64,000 bases of DNA from a virus: IMG/VR virus record IMGVR_UViG_3300037805_000525, positions 45,094 to 109,093 of that record; one strand, 5' to 3'. The notes under the pieces were generated by a model. It ran no database searches. It saw nothing but the letters and a program-made list of their open reading frames with translations, and had not been told where the DNA came from. Each line of letters opens with the position of its first letter. Positions within the stretch are counted from its first letter, which is position 1. This document shows, piece by piece, positions 18,511 to 28,472 of this stretch. A program made the position numbers and the translations under genes.

Positions 18511-18654
18511 CTATTTGGGGGGGACCGGAATGGTGCGTCGGGGCACTGTAGGCGCGAGGGCTGCCTTCTGTGCGCGGCTTGTGGTCCGCACTGCCTGTTG
18601 GATGCGGTGCTTCGCCAGGAGCAGCTGCTTGAGTGTCATCGAGACCATGCGCAT
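18511..18654 (-). CDS. 47-aa basic protein (below the ORF-track size cut-off)
   Basis: GGAG-N6-ATG; MRMVSMTLKQLLLAKHRIQQAVRTTSRAQKAALAPTVPRRTIPVPPK. Confidence 0.55.
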   Translation of the reverse strand: MRMVSMTLKQLLLAKHRIQQAVRTTSRAQKAALAPTVPRRTIPVPPK

Positions 18655-18666
18655 GTAGCACTCCGA

Positions 18667-18966
18667 TCAGTAGCGCGGCACGAGCTGCGCGATGGTTGTT
18701 AGCGGTACGGGCGTGATTGGCACGCCGTCGCGCATCTTGAGGTTGAACAAGTACACGCCGGACTGGTGCAGGAGAACCATTTCGGGCGAAAGTTTGTCTA
18801 CAAGACGTACACGGTGCGCACCTGTTGGCGACCTCACAACTGTAGATGTTTCGTTTCCGGGCGTGCCAGAGACGAGCTGCGATTCGTCGGTCACGGGCGC
18901 CTCCAAGACGTCGATTAGGCTAAGTATTACACGCGTGCGCCACGCGGCAAAGATATGAAGCGCCAT
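18667..18966 (-). CDS. Hypothetical protein (start uncertain)
   Basis: 99-aa ORF collinear with the structural genes. Confidence 0.5.
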   Translation of the reverse strand: MALHIFAAWRTRVILSLIDVLEAPVTDESQLVSGTPGNETSTVVRSPTGAHRVRLVDKLSPEMVLLHQSGVYLFNLKMRDGVPITPVPLTTIAQLVPRY

Positions 18967-18974
18967 GGTATAAG
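18948..18974 (+). promoter_or_regulatory. Promoter-like motif CAAA-N15-GGTATAAG
   Basis: Upstream of the plus-strand operon 19013..21664. Confidence 0.7.
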
Positions 18975-19012
18975 CACAATACTACGTAGCACCAAGACCT
19001 ACGTATGGAGGT

Positions 19013-19909
19013 GTGATGGAAGCCCTATTGACGACGACATCAGAGACCACCGCCAGGCTGTACACCGAGCGGTGGGAGACTTGGGTCGAGTACTGCGCGG
19101 AGAATGGCGTCGACCCCGAAGCGGTTGAGGAGTACTCGACGTGGGTGAATTTCCTGCAGTCGCGGATCGACGCCGGCGAGGACGCTAGCAAGTACGTGAC
19201 CGCCGTCCGGCATGTGTACCGCGCACACGAGTACGAGAACGTGTCGGACTTCTACGCGACGGTGAAGTCTATGCTTGACGCTGGTGAGCTCACACAACCA
19301 GACGTGGTGGAGGTACCCAAGGTAGTCGAGGCTGCAGCCAAGAAGGCGGCCAAGCACACAGTTGACGACGACGGAATCGGCCCGTTCGGTAACGAGCACG
19401 TGGGTACGCGTGCGCAGCTTCCGGCTGGTCCGCGGTGGGACAAGCTGCAGAAGGTGGCGCCCGCTGACGCAGAAATCGGGTGTGTTTACAAAATGGCGAA
19501 CGGCTCGCTGTGGTTCCGCCGCGCCGGATCGTGGTGCGGCTTGGACGAGGACGGATCGTTCAAGGGCACAGTCCTCACCGACACATACATAAGTAAACTC
19601 CGTGTGCTTGGCAAGGTGGAGTACTACGAGGACGAGCTCACGCGAGTGGTCGTCACCACACTGGGGGAGTTGCTCAACGCGGCCCTCCCAGATGACGCGC
19701 CCACAGGCGGGCGCCTGGACAAGAATCCGCGCATGGAGCGTGTGCTGTTGGAGCTTCTCGCTCGTCAGGGCGGGTGGGGGAGCTACGCGGACTTCCTCGA
19801 AGAGATCGCACTGGGCGACGGCGCCCAGGTTCTGACCGACCCGAAGAAGGTTGGAACCCTCCTCATGGACGCATGGGTAGAGGCGTTCACCGAGGATGAG
19901 GAGGAGTAG
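19013..19909 (+). CDS. Acidic protein with N-terminal integrase SAM-like (core-binding) domain and no recognisable catalytic domain
   Basis: SETTARLY...WETWVEYC...GVDP...FL...YVTAVRHVY pattern; GGAGG SD. Confidence 0.55.
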   Translation: MMEALLTTTSETTARLYTERWETWVEYCAENGVDPEAVEEYSTWVNFLQSRIDAGEDASKYVTAVRHVYRAHEYENVSDFYATVKSMLDAGELTQPDVVEVPKVVEAAAKKAAKHTVDDDGIGPFGNEHVGTRAQLPAGPRWDKLQKVAPADAEIGCVYKMANGSLWFRRAGSWCGLDEDGSFKGTVLTDTYISKLRVLGKVEYYEDELTRVVVTTLGELLNAALPDDAPTGGRLDKNPRMERVLLELLARQGGWGSYADFLEEIALGDGAQVLTDPKKVGTLLMDAWVEAFTEDEEE

Positions 19910-19966
19910 GCCAACACACACGGGTACAGTGGTAGGATTGTTGGGTTGCAAACTAAGGTGAGCTGA

Positions 19967-20467
19967 ATGGGTCAAGGAACAGACTTCGGATTCATCACAA
20001 TCAAGAGCAGGAACCACCCTAAGTTACTGGCGCACATCTTGGCGAAAGACCCCCGAGCGTACGTGTTTGGGAAGTTTGTAGGCTTCCAGCTAGCCACCAC
20101 CCACAGCGGAGCGTACATACGCGTACGGCGGTTCAATCTGCTGGCGGGTGGTAGGCAGTGGCTGCCCGAGCCGCGTATAGGTTACGCATTCCTATACAAC
20201 ACCATACGCGCGCTAGGCGAGCGCATGCCGCGCGACGACCAGTACGGGAACCCGTTTAACCTGGCTCACCTTGCACACGCCGTACACTCAAGCGAGGGTA
20301 TGTGGGAGCCGTATTGGGATGCCGTTCGGTTCGCTAACATCGTTGAGAAGGAAGCGCCTGGAGAGTTCGTGGAGCTCGTACAGGCCCTGCGGAATAACAA
20401 ACCACCCGCGCGGGTAACCCGTGTGGAGCTACGGAGATTGAATTGCCTCGTACAAAAGATCAGCTGA
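19967..20467 (+). CDS. Hypothetical protein
   Basis: 166-aa ORF with AAGGTG SD, in operon. Confidence 0.7.
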   Translation: MGQGTDFGFITIKSRNHPKLLAHILAKDPRAYVFGKFVGFQLATTHSGAYIRVRRFNLLAGGRQWLPEPRIGYAFLYNTIRALGERMPRDDQYGNPFNLAHLAHAVHSSEGMWEPYWDAVRFANIVEKEAPGEFVELVQALRNNKPPARVTRVELRRLNCLVQKIS

Positions 20468-21042
20468 TGGAGCTAGCCACGGGCGGCTCACACCTCAACT
20501 ACCTCGCGCACATACAGTTCCAGGCAACTACCGCCAACCTACTGCACGCGGTTGAGGTGCTCAGAGGGAACGCGCTATACGGGCTTGAAGCGCGCAGCAC
20601 AGCTGAGAAGATCGAAACCGTACTGACCACGGTCGACGCGATTAAGGGCGCGCTCAGCTCAGCGAAGGACATGCTGGAGAACTTGTCCGTCAACCTCGTG
20701 TGGGAGGTCCTGCTCGGAGAGGCCAAGGGCGACAAGGAGCTACTCGCCAAGTTACGTGATGCGGTGCCTACGGGCACGCTAGACGAGTTGGTGGGGCGCC
20801 TCACTGAAGCCGCTGAGGCCGTGAAGGAACTCGAGCGCCGGGAGCACGATGCCGATCAGACCGAAAATTCCTCCGGCGGGGTCGCAGGCCCAGAGTCCGC
20901 AATCTTCGGAGGGTCCGTGGGGAGCCACGAGTCGCCCATCGAAGAGCCACCCGTCGGGCCGAGCAGCGTGGCACCAAGCAACGCAGAGGCGGAGGAGTCC
21001 GACAACACAGACGACGCTGAGGGAACCGTATCAGACTTCTGA
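20467..21042 (+). CDS. Helical/coiled-coil protein with acidic tail
   Basis: ATG overlaps the upstream TGA (TGATG coupling). Confidence 0.7.
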   Translation: MELATGGSHLNYLAHIQFQATTANLLHAVEVLRGNALYGLEARSTAEKIETVLTTVDAIKGALSSAKDMLENLSVNLVWEVLLGEAKGDKELLAKLRDAVPTGTLDELVGRLTEAAEAVKELERREHDADQTENSSGGVAGPESAIFGGSVGSHESPIEEPPVGPSSVAPSNAEAEESDNTDDAEGTVSDF

Positions 21043-21664
21043 GCGGGAGTACGCACGACTCCCGCTAGACTTCGTTGACGGACCCCCTACACACCCAGGT
21101 ACGTGGCTGCTGCGCATGGACGCGCCTGTACCGGGGGGTGTGTTTCTGGTCGTCAACTACTACATCGACGAGCGTGGGCGCCTAGCGCCCGAGTCCGGTT
21201 ACGCGGGACACACGGTACGCGGATGGGACAAGGAGCTAAAGATTGCAATGCTTAGCGTAGGCGAGGGACCCGGGGATATCGCGCACTGCGCGTTTGTAAT
21301 GGACGGGCTGCTTCGCGTGCTCCTGTTCATGGGTGTTATCCAGGTCGACCACGGCAGGTACCACACCACGGTCGTAGACGGATTTGTCCTGATGGCGTAC
21401 GAGCTGTGCCACGCGACCAAGTCGGGCGTCTCTGGTACCGCGTGGATTGTCACGCATGAGGACTCGAACGCGGGAGGCGCGTCAGTGCAGGTCGTGCTCG
21501 GAAACAGCAATGGCGACGGGGTACGTGCAACCTACGACTGTACCGCGAAGGGTGGTGTGGTGTGGGGGGTAACCAACGCACGTAACGGCGATGAGGGGGA
21601 GGAGAGGGGGGTGAAAACGGCGGACCTTAGAGATGTGTTCGAGCGGACGCTACGACACCTGTAG
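20849..21664 (+). CDS. Hypothetical protein (true start probably later than 20849)
   Basis: Protein-like composition from about 21040 onward; ends next to palindromic site 6. Confidence 0.55.
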   Translation: MPIRPKIPPAGSQAQSPQSSEGPWGATSRPSKSHPSGRAAWHQATQRRRSPTTQTTLREPYQTSEREYARLPLDFVDGPPTHPGTWLLRMDAPVPGGVFLVVNYYIDERGRLAPESGYAGHTVRGWDKELKIAMLSVGEGPGDIAHCAFVMDGLLRVLLFMGVIQVDHGRYHTTVVDGFVLMAYELCHATKSGVSGTAWIVTHEDSNAGGASVQVVLGNSNGDGVRATYDCTAKGGVVWGVTNARNGDEGEERGVKTADLRDVFERTLRHL

Positions 21665-21668
21665 TAAT

Positions 21669-21683
21669 TATCACAGCGTGATA
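21669..21683. promoter_or_regulatory. Palindromic site 6, TATCACAGCGTGATA
   Basis: One-mismatch variant between convergent genes. Confidence 0.8.
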
Positions 21684-21695
21684 ATGGCCGAACCG

Positions 21696-22067
21696 CTACG
21701 CGATCTTCCGGGCTGCGACTGGAACCTCTTCACGCAGCGGTTCGGCCTCAATGTATTGCTCAGAGTGCTCACCCAACTTCAGCCGCACACCCCACTCACG
21801 CACCTTATGGATCTGGTTGCCCTTTCGGACCATCTCCGCGGCAGCCGCTTCGAAGTCCGCGAGGCTTGTGAAGTTGAGGCTGTTGAGCACCTCTTCACCT
21901 GTGCGCGTGGAGCAGTAGGTCACGACGCGGCTGCCGTCGGGACCAAACAGGCGGATCACGTCCTGGTCACGCATCCACTTGTGTGACGTAGGAACCCATT
22001 CTCCGTTAAGCAGCCTCTTCTCGATAAGTAGTGCGTGCGACAAGCTGCACCTCCTAAACCAACCCAC
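21696..22067 (-). CDS. Hypothetical protein
   Basis: 123-aa ORF with GTAGGTG SD. Confidence 0.6.
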   Translation of the reverse strand: MGWFRRCSLSHALLIEKRLLNGEWVPTSHKWMRDQDVIRLFGPDGSRVVTYCSTRTGEEVLNSLNFTSLADFEAAAAEMVRKGNQIHKVREWGVRLKLGEHSEQYIEAEPLREEVPVAARKIA

Positions 22068-22147
22068 GTGTTCGCGGGGTACACCTACTTTCTACTGGGC
22101 CGGTCGGCCGGCCGCAAGCGCAAAGTTCGCGCGCCTGCGCGACTGCA

Positions 22148-25100
22148 CTACTCAAATACGTTAGTCATCATGTTTAAAGTGCGCCCGACGAAGCCGGGCT
22201 CCGCCTCCGCTCCGGTGAACTTACGCAGGTGTGCCCCAGCCGCGTCCAGGCTCTTGAGGAAGGTGTCGAACTTAGCCTCGATCATCTTTGTGTTTGTGGC
22301 CGCGCCCGCGGAACCCTGCACCTCGGCGGTGGTTGTCCAAAGATCAAGCGCGTCTGCGGCGGCGGTCAAGTCCCCGGACTTGGCGTGCTGCGCAGATGTG
22401 CGCAGCTCCCCCATCAGCTTGCTGACTAGGGACTGGTTGTCCCCGGGCTCCATGCCAGCGCGGCGCAGGTGGTCCTCCGCCATTGTGCGGAGCCCCTGCT
22501 CCGACTTCTCGGTGTACTGCCCGTCTTTTTTATTTAGTACATCCATATCGTCCGAATCAGTGAACATCGTCCGCTTCATCGTGGAGAGCTGCGTACCTGT
22601 AAGCCGACTGAGGTACTTGAGCGGGTTTCCCTTGGAACCCTTGGCGGCAGCTTTGGCGGCAGCCACGCGCCGCAGCACGCCAGCGGCCGCTGCGCCTTCC
22701 GGCCCGGCGTTGACCAGCTGCTCCGCGGCGTCGTATAGCTCGGTCACGCCATGCCTGGACGCCTCGTCCTGCACGCGCTTACCGAAGTCCAGGAATTTTC
22801 GTGTAGTCTCCCGCGGGTTTACGCCGTCGCCGTACTCTCCGCCGGCCAACGCATCTACGTCGATACCGCTCACAATGGCCGCGCGCCGTAGCCCGGACTT
22901 GTACCGTCCTCGGGCGTCACTAGCCTGTGCGGCGAACCGTTTCGTGCCCTCTGCTGCGGGGACGTACAGCATGGCGTCCGACAACGTGTTCAGCTCGCTC
23001 ATGTCGAGCTTCCCGCGCGTGGCGAGGCCCGAAATGATCTCCTTCCGGCCCTTCAAATCACCCGTCTTGAATCTCGCCAACACCTCGCTTATCGCGCGAG
23101 CCCGCTGATCCTCTGTCACATCCGGACCGGACAGATCGCCCGTCTTTAGCCGAGTGTTCAGCGCGGCTAGGTGGGACATTCCCTCGTTCTGTGCTGCGTG
23201 CTTGTATAGCGCCTGCATCTGCGAGGTGTGTTTTGCCGAGCCAGTGAGGCCGCCGGAGCTCGCTTGATCCGCGTTCGCCCGGTCATTTTCCGCAGAGCTT
23301 ATAGTCCTCGACGACGCGAGGTCGTAGCCCGTATTACGTTTTCCAAGCGCGCCGTAGGTGGCCATCGCGTCCAGCTTTTTTATCTCAGATCGCAGCCCAC
23401 CGTCGTCTGTTATGCGCGACGACGTAGTGAGCCCCATCTTATCTGCGGCACCCGTGGCGTACAGAAGCCTGGCGATCTGCGCGCCGGTTGCCTTCGGGTG
23501 CAGACGCTTTATCTCGTCTACGGCGCCCTCCCCAGTTACAGTCCCGCGCGTCGCGCGCTTCACAAGGTCAGCGGCGGCGGTAGGGCCGCCGAACGCGTCT
23601 AGGGCGGCATCCTGATCGTCTTTGAGGGCACGCTCGTACTTGAGCATGTTCGCCTCTTGCGCCGTGTCCAGCGTGTCGCGACCAAATCCGTCACCCATGC
23701 CGATACGGGACACCTGGTTCCCTATGTGGTCTTCCGGGTCGGTCTTGCGCAGGAACCCGTCGCCGCCGTCCATCCGATCTGTGTGATCGAGGAACCGGGT
23801 CGTTCGTGCGTTACGCCCAGTGATCGTAGGCATGTTCGCGGAGCTCTCTCCGGCTGCCCAACGTGCGATCGCTGGACCACTGTTCAGCGCCAAGTTTAGT
23901 CCGACGGCGCCCAGGCCAAACGCGCGCGACTTCATGATCGCCCCGCTGCCGCGAAGTACCGCGCCGGCTGCGCGTACGCCGCCGAACCCCATACTCGCTG
24001 TACCGCGGATCAACCCCTGTCGGCCAGACGACAGGCCCGAGCCAAACTGCCCGACTCCGCTGAGCATCTTGCCTACGCGACCGATCGGGTTGAGGCCCAG
24101 CATGGACGACGCGCCAAGCATGGTGGCTCCGACGGCCATACCCATCGAATGCTTCGGCATCGTGAGGCCGAAGTTATCAAACTCGGTGAACGACGTTCCG
24201 GGAGACATGCTGTCAAGCCGCATCGCGGGAGGAACGTATGCGCCGATTCCAGTCGCCGCAGTGTTGGCGATTGACGCGCCGCCAACATGCCCGCCCGAAG
24301 AGGCAGACATATTTGGGACGCCTGCGGCCTCACGGGCTAGCGCAGACTGAAACGCCCGCTGGCCTCCGCCAAACCTGGCAGGTGTGTAGCTCCCACCTGT
24401 GAACGACTTCTCCGCACTACCTACCGCCTCGGATACGGACTGCGCGACGCTAGACCCGACGCTGCGCATCTTGTCGCGGATTGGGCCCAAAATCATCTGG
24501 TCGGCGATGGCAGACACCATCTGGCCTACCCCGATGTTCCCCGTGCCCTCACGATACCCGGACATCGCGGCCTGCTTCACGCGCGCCTGCAGCCCGGATG
24601 TTGACGCCGCATACTGCGACATCTGGTCGAGTCCAGTGCGCGATAGGCCCGACAACCCCTGCGCCTCGGAGCTCTGGTTTGCGCGGCCTTCCGTCATCCC
24701 GCGTATGCCGTGCACAGTGGAGGCCGCGCCGAACTGCGACATGTACTCGCCGGCCAGCTCGGACCGACTACTCCTGAACATGTCGAGGTTCCCGGCGCGG
24801 TTGCGTGCGGCGCGTGCCCGCATCTCACTCCCGTCCATCCCCCCGCTGGACGCACGGCGAGCTGCGGACATGTCGAGCGCGCCAGTCTCCGGGTCCATCA
24901 TCGCGGCCAGGAATGTACCGCCCTGCCGAGACCCGAGGAACCTGCTCGCCGCCCCCTGGAACTCTCCGAAGCTCTCCTGCCGCAGTCCCGGGTTCTCCGG
25001 ACCACGCATCGCTTGGCTGAACATCGCACGCTGGTTGATCGCACCTAGTGCGCCACGCATGGGGCTCGAGCCAGTCGCACGACCAAAGGCGGCACCCTGC

Positions 25101-25885
25101 TGTGCGGCCCCAAACATGTCTCCGGGCGACATGCCAGCGCCGCCGTACATACCCATGTTGGCAATCAGGCCGCCGGCCTGCTGCGCAGAGAACCCCATGG
25201 ATTGCACGCTCTGCAGCCCGGCGTACGCCTCCGTCGGGCTTGTGTTCATGATCATTGCCGCGCGTCGCGACTGCTCGACGATCTGCGAGAACCCAGACTG
25301 GAACGTGGAGAGCGAGCTTGTATCGATCTGCCCACTTCGGATTCCGCTACCCATCAGCTGGGTGAGCTGACCGAGGTTCGCGCCAGAGCTCGCGGACAGG
25401 CTTGAGGTAAACGCCGACATCTGCCCCACTGCGCTGTGTGAGGCGCGCGGCAGCATCCCGGAGATCTGCGCGTTGAGCGCCCCACGTTCTTGAGCGCCCT
25501 GCTGAAACGGCTTGAACGCCAGCGAGTTGGCGGCGGCACCCGCGGCAGCGTAGCCTCCGTACGCGGCCGCACCGGCGGCTATACCTCCGGCCACACCCGC
25601 TGAGGCGAAGCCAGCCCGCCCTGCGGCGAGGGTGCCTGAGAACGGAGACAACATGCGCGGGCCGTGGCCAAACTCAGCCGCAAGCACGGCGCCCGCTGCA
25701 ATGTAGTCGGGCGCGGCACCAGCCATGCGGGCGACGGATTCCTGCGTCGAGATAATCCCCTGCATTCGGGAATCTGTACCAGCTTCTGGTGCCCGGTCAC
25801 CTCCGGCCATCTGACGGAAGTACGCATTCTGCTGGTTGATCAGCCTGGAGATTTCCTCAGATGAGATCGGCATGGTAGCTCCCAA
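22148..25885 (-). CDS. Tail tape measure protein
   Basis: 1245 aa, Ala/Gly/Ser/Met-rich and helical; upstream of baseplate genes and downstream of the tail chaperones. Confidence 0.75.
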   Translation of the reverse strand: MGATMPISSEEISRLINQQNAYFRQMAGGDRAPEAGTDSRMQGIISTQESVARMAGAAPDYIAAGAVLAAEFGHGPRMLSPFSGTLAAGRAGFASAGVAGGIAAGAAAYGGYAAAGAAANSLAFKPFQQGAQERGALNAQISGMLPRASHSAVGQMSAFTSSLSASSGANLGQLTQLMGSGIRSGQIDTSSLSTFQSGFSQIVEQSRRAAMIMNTSPTEAYAGLQSVQSMGFSAQQAGGLIANMGMYGGAGMSPGDMFGAAQQGAAFGRATGSSPMRGALGAINQRAMFSQAMRGPENPGLRQESFGEFQGAASRFLGSRQGGTFLAAMMDPETGALDMSAARRASSGGMDGSEMRARAARNRAGNLDMFRSSRSELAGEYMSQFGAASTVHGIRGMTEGRANQSSEAQGLSGLSRTGLDQMSQYAASTSGLQARVKQAAMSGYREGTGNIGVGQMVSAIADQMILGPIRDKMRSVGSSVAQSVSEAVGSAEKSFTGGSYTPARFGGGQRAFQSALAREAAGVPNMSASSGGHVGGASIANTAATGIGAYVPPAMRLDSMSPGTSFTEFDNFGLTMPKHSMGMAVGATMLGASSMLGLNPIGRVGKMLSGVGQFGSGLSSGRQGLIRGTASMGFGGVRAAGAVLRGSGAIMKSRAFGLGAVGLNLALNSGPAIARWAAGESSANMPTITGRNARTTRFLDHTDRMDGGDGFLRKTDPEDHIGNQVSRIGMGDGFGRDTLDTAQEANMLKYERALKDDQDAALDAFGGPTAAADLVKRATRGTVTGEGAVDEIKRLHPKATGAQIARLLYATGAADKMGLTTSSRITDDGGLRSEIKKLDAMATYGALGKRNTGYDLASSRTISSAENDRANADQASSGGLTGSAKHTSQMQALYKHAAQNEGMSHLAALNTRLKTGDLSGPDVTEDQRARAISEVLARFKTGDLKGRKEIISGLATRGKLDMSELNTLSDAMLYVPAAEGTKRFAAQASDARGRYKSGLRRAAIVSGIDVDALAGGEYGDGVNPRETTRKFLDFGKRVQDEASRHGVTELYDAAEQLVNAGPEGAAAAGVLRRVAAAKAAAKGSKGNPLKYLSRLTGTQLSTMKRTMFTDSDDMDVLNKKDGQYTEKSEQGLRTMAEDHLRRAGMEPGDNQSLVSKLMGELRTSAQHAKSGDLTAAADALDLWTTTAEVQGSAGAATNTKMIEAKFDTFLKSLDAAGAHLRKFTGAEAEPGFVGRTLNMMTNVFE

Positions 25886-26180
25886 GTAGCTGGGCGATCT
25901 TCTCGCGCACCTTGCCGAGAACCTGTCGTGTGACGTCCTCGCCGTAGGGAGTCATGTGTGGGGCAAGGAACGAGGCCACCACCTGCTGCTTGTCTCCGCG
26001 CGTGCGCTTAATGACTGCGAAGCTGCCGTCGTGCATACGGACAAAGCTCCGCGGCTGTACGAGGCGTCCCGCCTTAGAAGCGGCCTGTACCTTCTGTCGC
26101 AGGTCCGCCAGGTCCGCGGAGCTTAGACGCGTTCGGGATTTCCGACGCTGCTCCTCGTGTGGGATCTTCCGTGTAATCAT
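25857..26180 (-). CDS. Hypothetical basic protein preceding the tape measure gene
   Basis: AAGGAG SD, 107 aa. Confidence 0.7.
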   Translation of the reverse strand: MITRKIPHEEQRRKSRTRLSSADLADLRQKVQAASKAGRLVQPRSFVRMHDGSFAVIKRTRGDKQQVVASFLAPHMTPYGEDVTRQVLGKVREKIAQLLGSYHADLI

Positions 26181-26206
26181 CTCGACTCCTTGCGCGGCGC
26201 GTAAAT

Positions 26207-26221
26207 TATCACAGCGTGATA
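26207..26221. promoter_or_regulatory. Palindromic site 7, TATCACAGCGTGATA
   Basis: One-mismatch variant, intergenic. Confidence 0.8.
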
Positions 26222-26266
26222 ATCGAGGCTCGTTCCATCCAGTTTAGGTGCTGCGCAACTCTCCGA

Positions 26267-26293
26267 CAAATAGCTACGTGCGTGTGGTATAAG
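26267..26293 (+). promoter_or_regulatory. Promoter-like motif CAAA-N15-GGTATAAG
   Basis: Followed by AAAGGAG SD. Confidence 0.7.
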
Positions 26294-26317
26294 AATTTCG
26301 GAGCGAAAGGAGTTGCT

Positions 26318-26641
26318 ATAGGCAATTTGTGCGTGGCAGCAATCGTTTTGAGACTGTTCCTAGTTACACCAGGCATGACGCCTGAGCACTGCGCTCAGGC
26401 GAATGAGGGTCACTGGCTGGGGCAGATAGTCTTGGGGTTGGGCGTTAAGCGCCCGGTACCTGGGCAACTCCAGAACGAGAAGCTGCGAGGACCTAGGGCG
26501 ACGCCATTTTTCGAGGGCGTCCCGACAAGTCCGCATGAGTGGTTGCCTGCGCCGAACCAAGGACATGCCCACGGACGTATTGTCCGGGACACAGTCCTCG
26601 AGATGTTCTGCCCAGGTACATATCGGTGCGTAAGAGCCTGA
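26318..26641 (+). CDS. Small protein with hydrophobic N-terminus and apparent ATA start
   Basis: Promoter motif plus AAAGGAG-N5-ATA in an open frame. Confidence 0.4.
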   Translation: MGNLCVAAIVLRLFLVTPGMTPEHCAQANEGHWLGQIVLGLGVKRPVPGQLQNEKLRGPRATPFFEGVPTSPHEWLPAPNQGHAHGRIVRDTVLEMFCPGTYRCVRA

Positions 26642-26734
26642 CGGCCGGCACCACGCTTATGACGGCTACCAAGCACCCCCGGGCCCGGCACGTACATCGA
26701 AAGGTGCGTGCGCGGGCCCGTTGTTTTTTAGCCC

Positions 26735-27544
26735 TTAGTCTTTGACGAGCTGCAGCGGCGCTGTCCGCGTACGCTCGGCGCACGCCTCCGTCGCGTCAAA
26801 CGCCTCCACAAAAGCATCGGTCATGATGTGCCGCATTGGGCGCGTCATAGCGGCGAACTGCTGCAATACGCCGCGCCCATCTAGGGAGTCGTCCATCGAT
26901 CGTAGGCTGAGCAGCACCTTCTCGAGCTGAGCTTCTGCGTCCTTGTCTGAGAGGCCGCGCATCGCCATGATCTCGCTTACTGAGTCCGCAAGGTGTACGA
27001 CGAGCGGCTTAGTCGCGTAGGCCAGCGTGGGGCAGTGTCCCGTGATCGTGTACGTGAGGCTTCGCACGCATTCCTCAGAATCAGTGCACTGGTGCGCTTC
27101 GGACGCGAACGGACCTAGCCCTTTGCCGCCAAGACCTGCGTGGATGCCGTAGGCCACGCACAGCGCGGCTATGGCTTTCAGCAGCTCACCGATCTCCTGG
27201 TACGGCTTTACCGCCCCGTAAAGCGCACGCAGGCTCGCGGGTGGAATCAGCTGAGAGAGTGAAGCTACGTCCTCCACGCTATTCCCGGACTTGACCCAGA
27301 CCAGGATCTTATTTGCAAGGTACGCGTTGTCTGCGTGCGCTGCTTGCCGCGTAAATTGGTCATGGCGGCATGCCGATGAAAGCGCGCTACTCACTGGTCG
27401 GGCGGCCATGCCGAGTGCGGCGCACGCAAGCGCCTCAGCGCGCGCGATAGACGCGGCCATGACCGCGTAGCGTGCGTCGCGGTTCGCGATCTCGAGTTCC
27501 AGGTTTTCAATCTTGCGTAGTAGGCTTTTTGTATTTTGGGTCAC
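26735..27544 (-). CDS. Hypothetical helical protein
   Basis: 269 aa; GGAGG SD; coupled to the upstream ORF. Confidence 0.7.
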   Translation of the reverse strand: MTQNTKSLLRKIENLELEIANRDARYAVMAASIARAEALACAALGMAARPVSSALSSACRHDQFTRQAAHADNAYLANKILVWVKSGNSVEDVASLSQLIPPASLRALYGAVKPYQEIGELLKAIAALCVAYGIHAGLGGKGLGPFASEAHQCTDSEECVRSLTYTITGHCPTLAYATKPLVVHLADSVSEIMAMRGLSDKDAEAQLEKVLLSLRSMDDSLDGRGVLQQFAAMTRPMRHIMTDAFVEAFDATEACAERTRTAPLQLVKD

Positions 27545-27759
27545 TTTGCTACCTCCTGTGTTTCCAGATCAGTTATCTCGGCAGAGATATCTGCCGCGAG
27601 ATCAGCTATGAGGCGCGCGGCGCTGGACAACCCGTTACGCCTGTTACCAGGGAGGTCTTCGTCCAGGGACTTCACGCGTAGTTCAGTCGACACATCGCGT
27701 AGGATGCCTTGTACGTTGCGTTGTGCGCTTATGCGCTCGAGTACCTCCAGTACATTCAT
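27541..27759 (-). CDS. Small hypothetical protein
   Basis: 72 aa with 4-bp overlaps on both sides. Confidence 0.65.
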   Translation of the reverse strand: MNVLEVLERISAQRNVQGILRDVSTELRVKSLDEDLPGNRRNGLSSAARLIADLAADISAEITDLETQEVAK

Positions 27760-28472
27760 AGCGCCCTCAGAAACGCCCGCATCTTACTGAACACCGTGCC
27801 GCCCGCACCGACGTCCGACAGTATCTTTTCGTGTCGGTAGACCACCTCTTCTCGATCAGTGGCACGCGACAGCGCGGACTGGTAGGCCGACGCAGAACTC
27901 TTTGCTCTGCGTCCGTCACGCTGCACGTTTCGTAGGTTTTTTTGCTTGTGCACCACAGCAAGGATGTCGCACCCGCCGTGCGGAAATGACAGCCATAGCC
28001 GCTCGACGTTGCGCGCGAGTTCATCACGGCTAACCGCGTAGAAGCTGCTCGTGTGCATATTGCCACGGGCTGTTATCGTGCCGCATACGGGGCACATGAA
28101 ACTGTCGTTGTTTACGCCTGAAGGGTACTCGTGCCCAAGGCACCCGTTACGCGGGCACCACCGCAGAGACATGCGCGACTCAGCGTATCGCGACATCATC
28201 GTCAGCTCAACCGCGCTGGCACCGTCGGGATCATAGAACCAGAGGGAGGTGCCGCACCACAGCTCTCCACGAGAGCCGCTACTTGGCGCACGCATCAGGT
28301 CGATCTGGACGATGGCCCGGTCAGGCCGCTTCACTTTGTACGCGGCGGGGAATAGTTCGCGAAGGAGCTTGTCAGTCTTCTCCGCGGTGAGCGTCTCGAT
28401 GACGGCAGTTTCAGTGGACTCTGCCGGTTCGAGCGCGGCGCCCGGCGACGGCAATTCAGGCATTCTGTTCAT
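27756..28472 (-). CDS. Zn-ribbon protein
   Basis: CPRNGC...CPVCG. Confidence 0.7.
   Translation of the reverse strand: MNRMPELPSPGAALEPAESTETAVIETLTAEKTDKLLRELFPAAYKVKRPDRAIVQIDLMRAPSSGSRGELWCGTSLWFYDPDGASAVELTMMSRYAESRMSLRWCPRNGCLGHEYPSGVNNDSFMCPVCGTITARGNMHTSSFYAVSRDELARNVERLWLSFPHGGCDILAVVHKQKNLRNVQRDGRRAKSSASAYQSALSRATDREEVVYRHEKILSDVGAGGTVFSKMRAFLRAL

Noticed and set aside
18365-18661. 98-aa minus-strand ORF from the track
   Set aside because: Overlaps 17008..18459 and lacks an SD; the 47-aa frame 18511..18654 has a proper SD
19013-19909. Functional integrase or prophage boundary
   Set aside because: No catalytic tyrosine-recombinase motifs, att sites or host genes in the window
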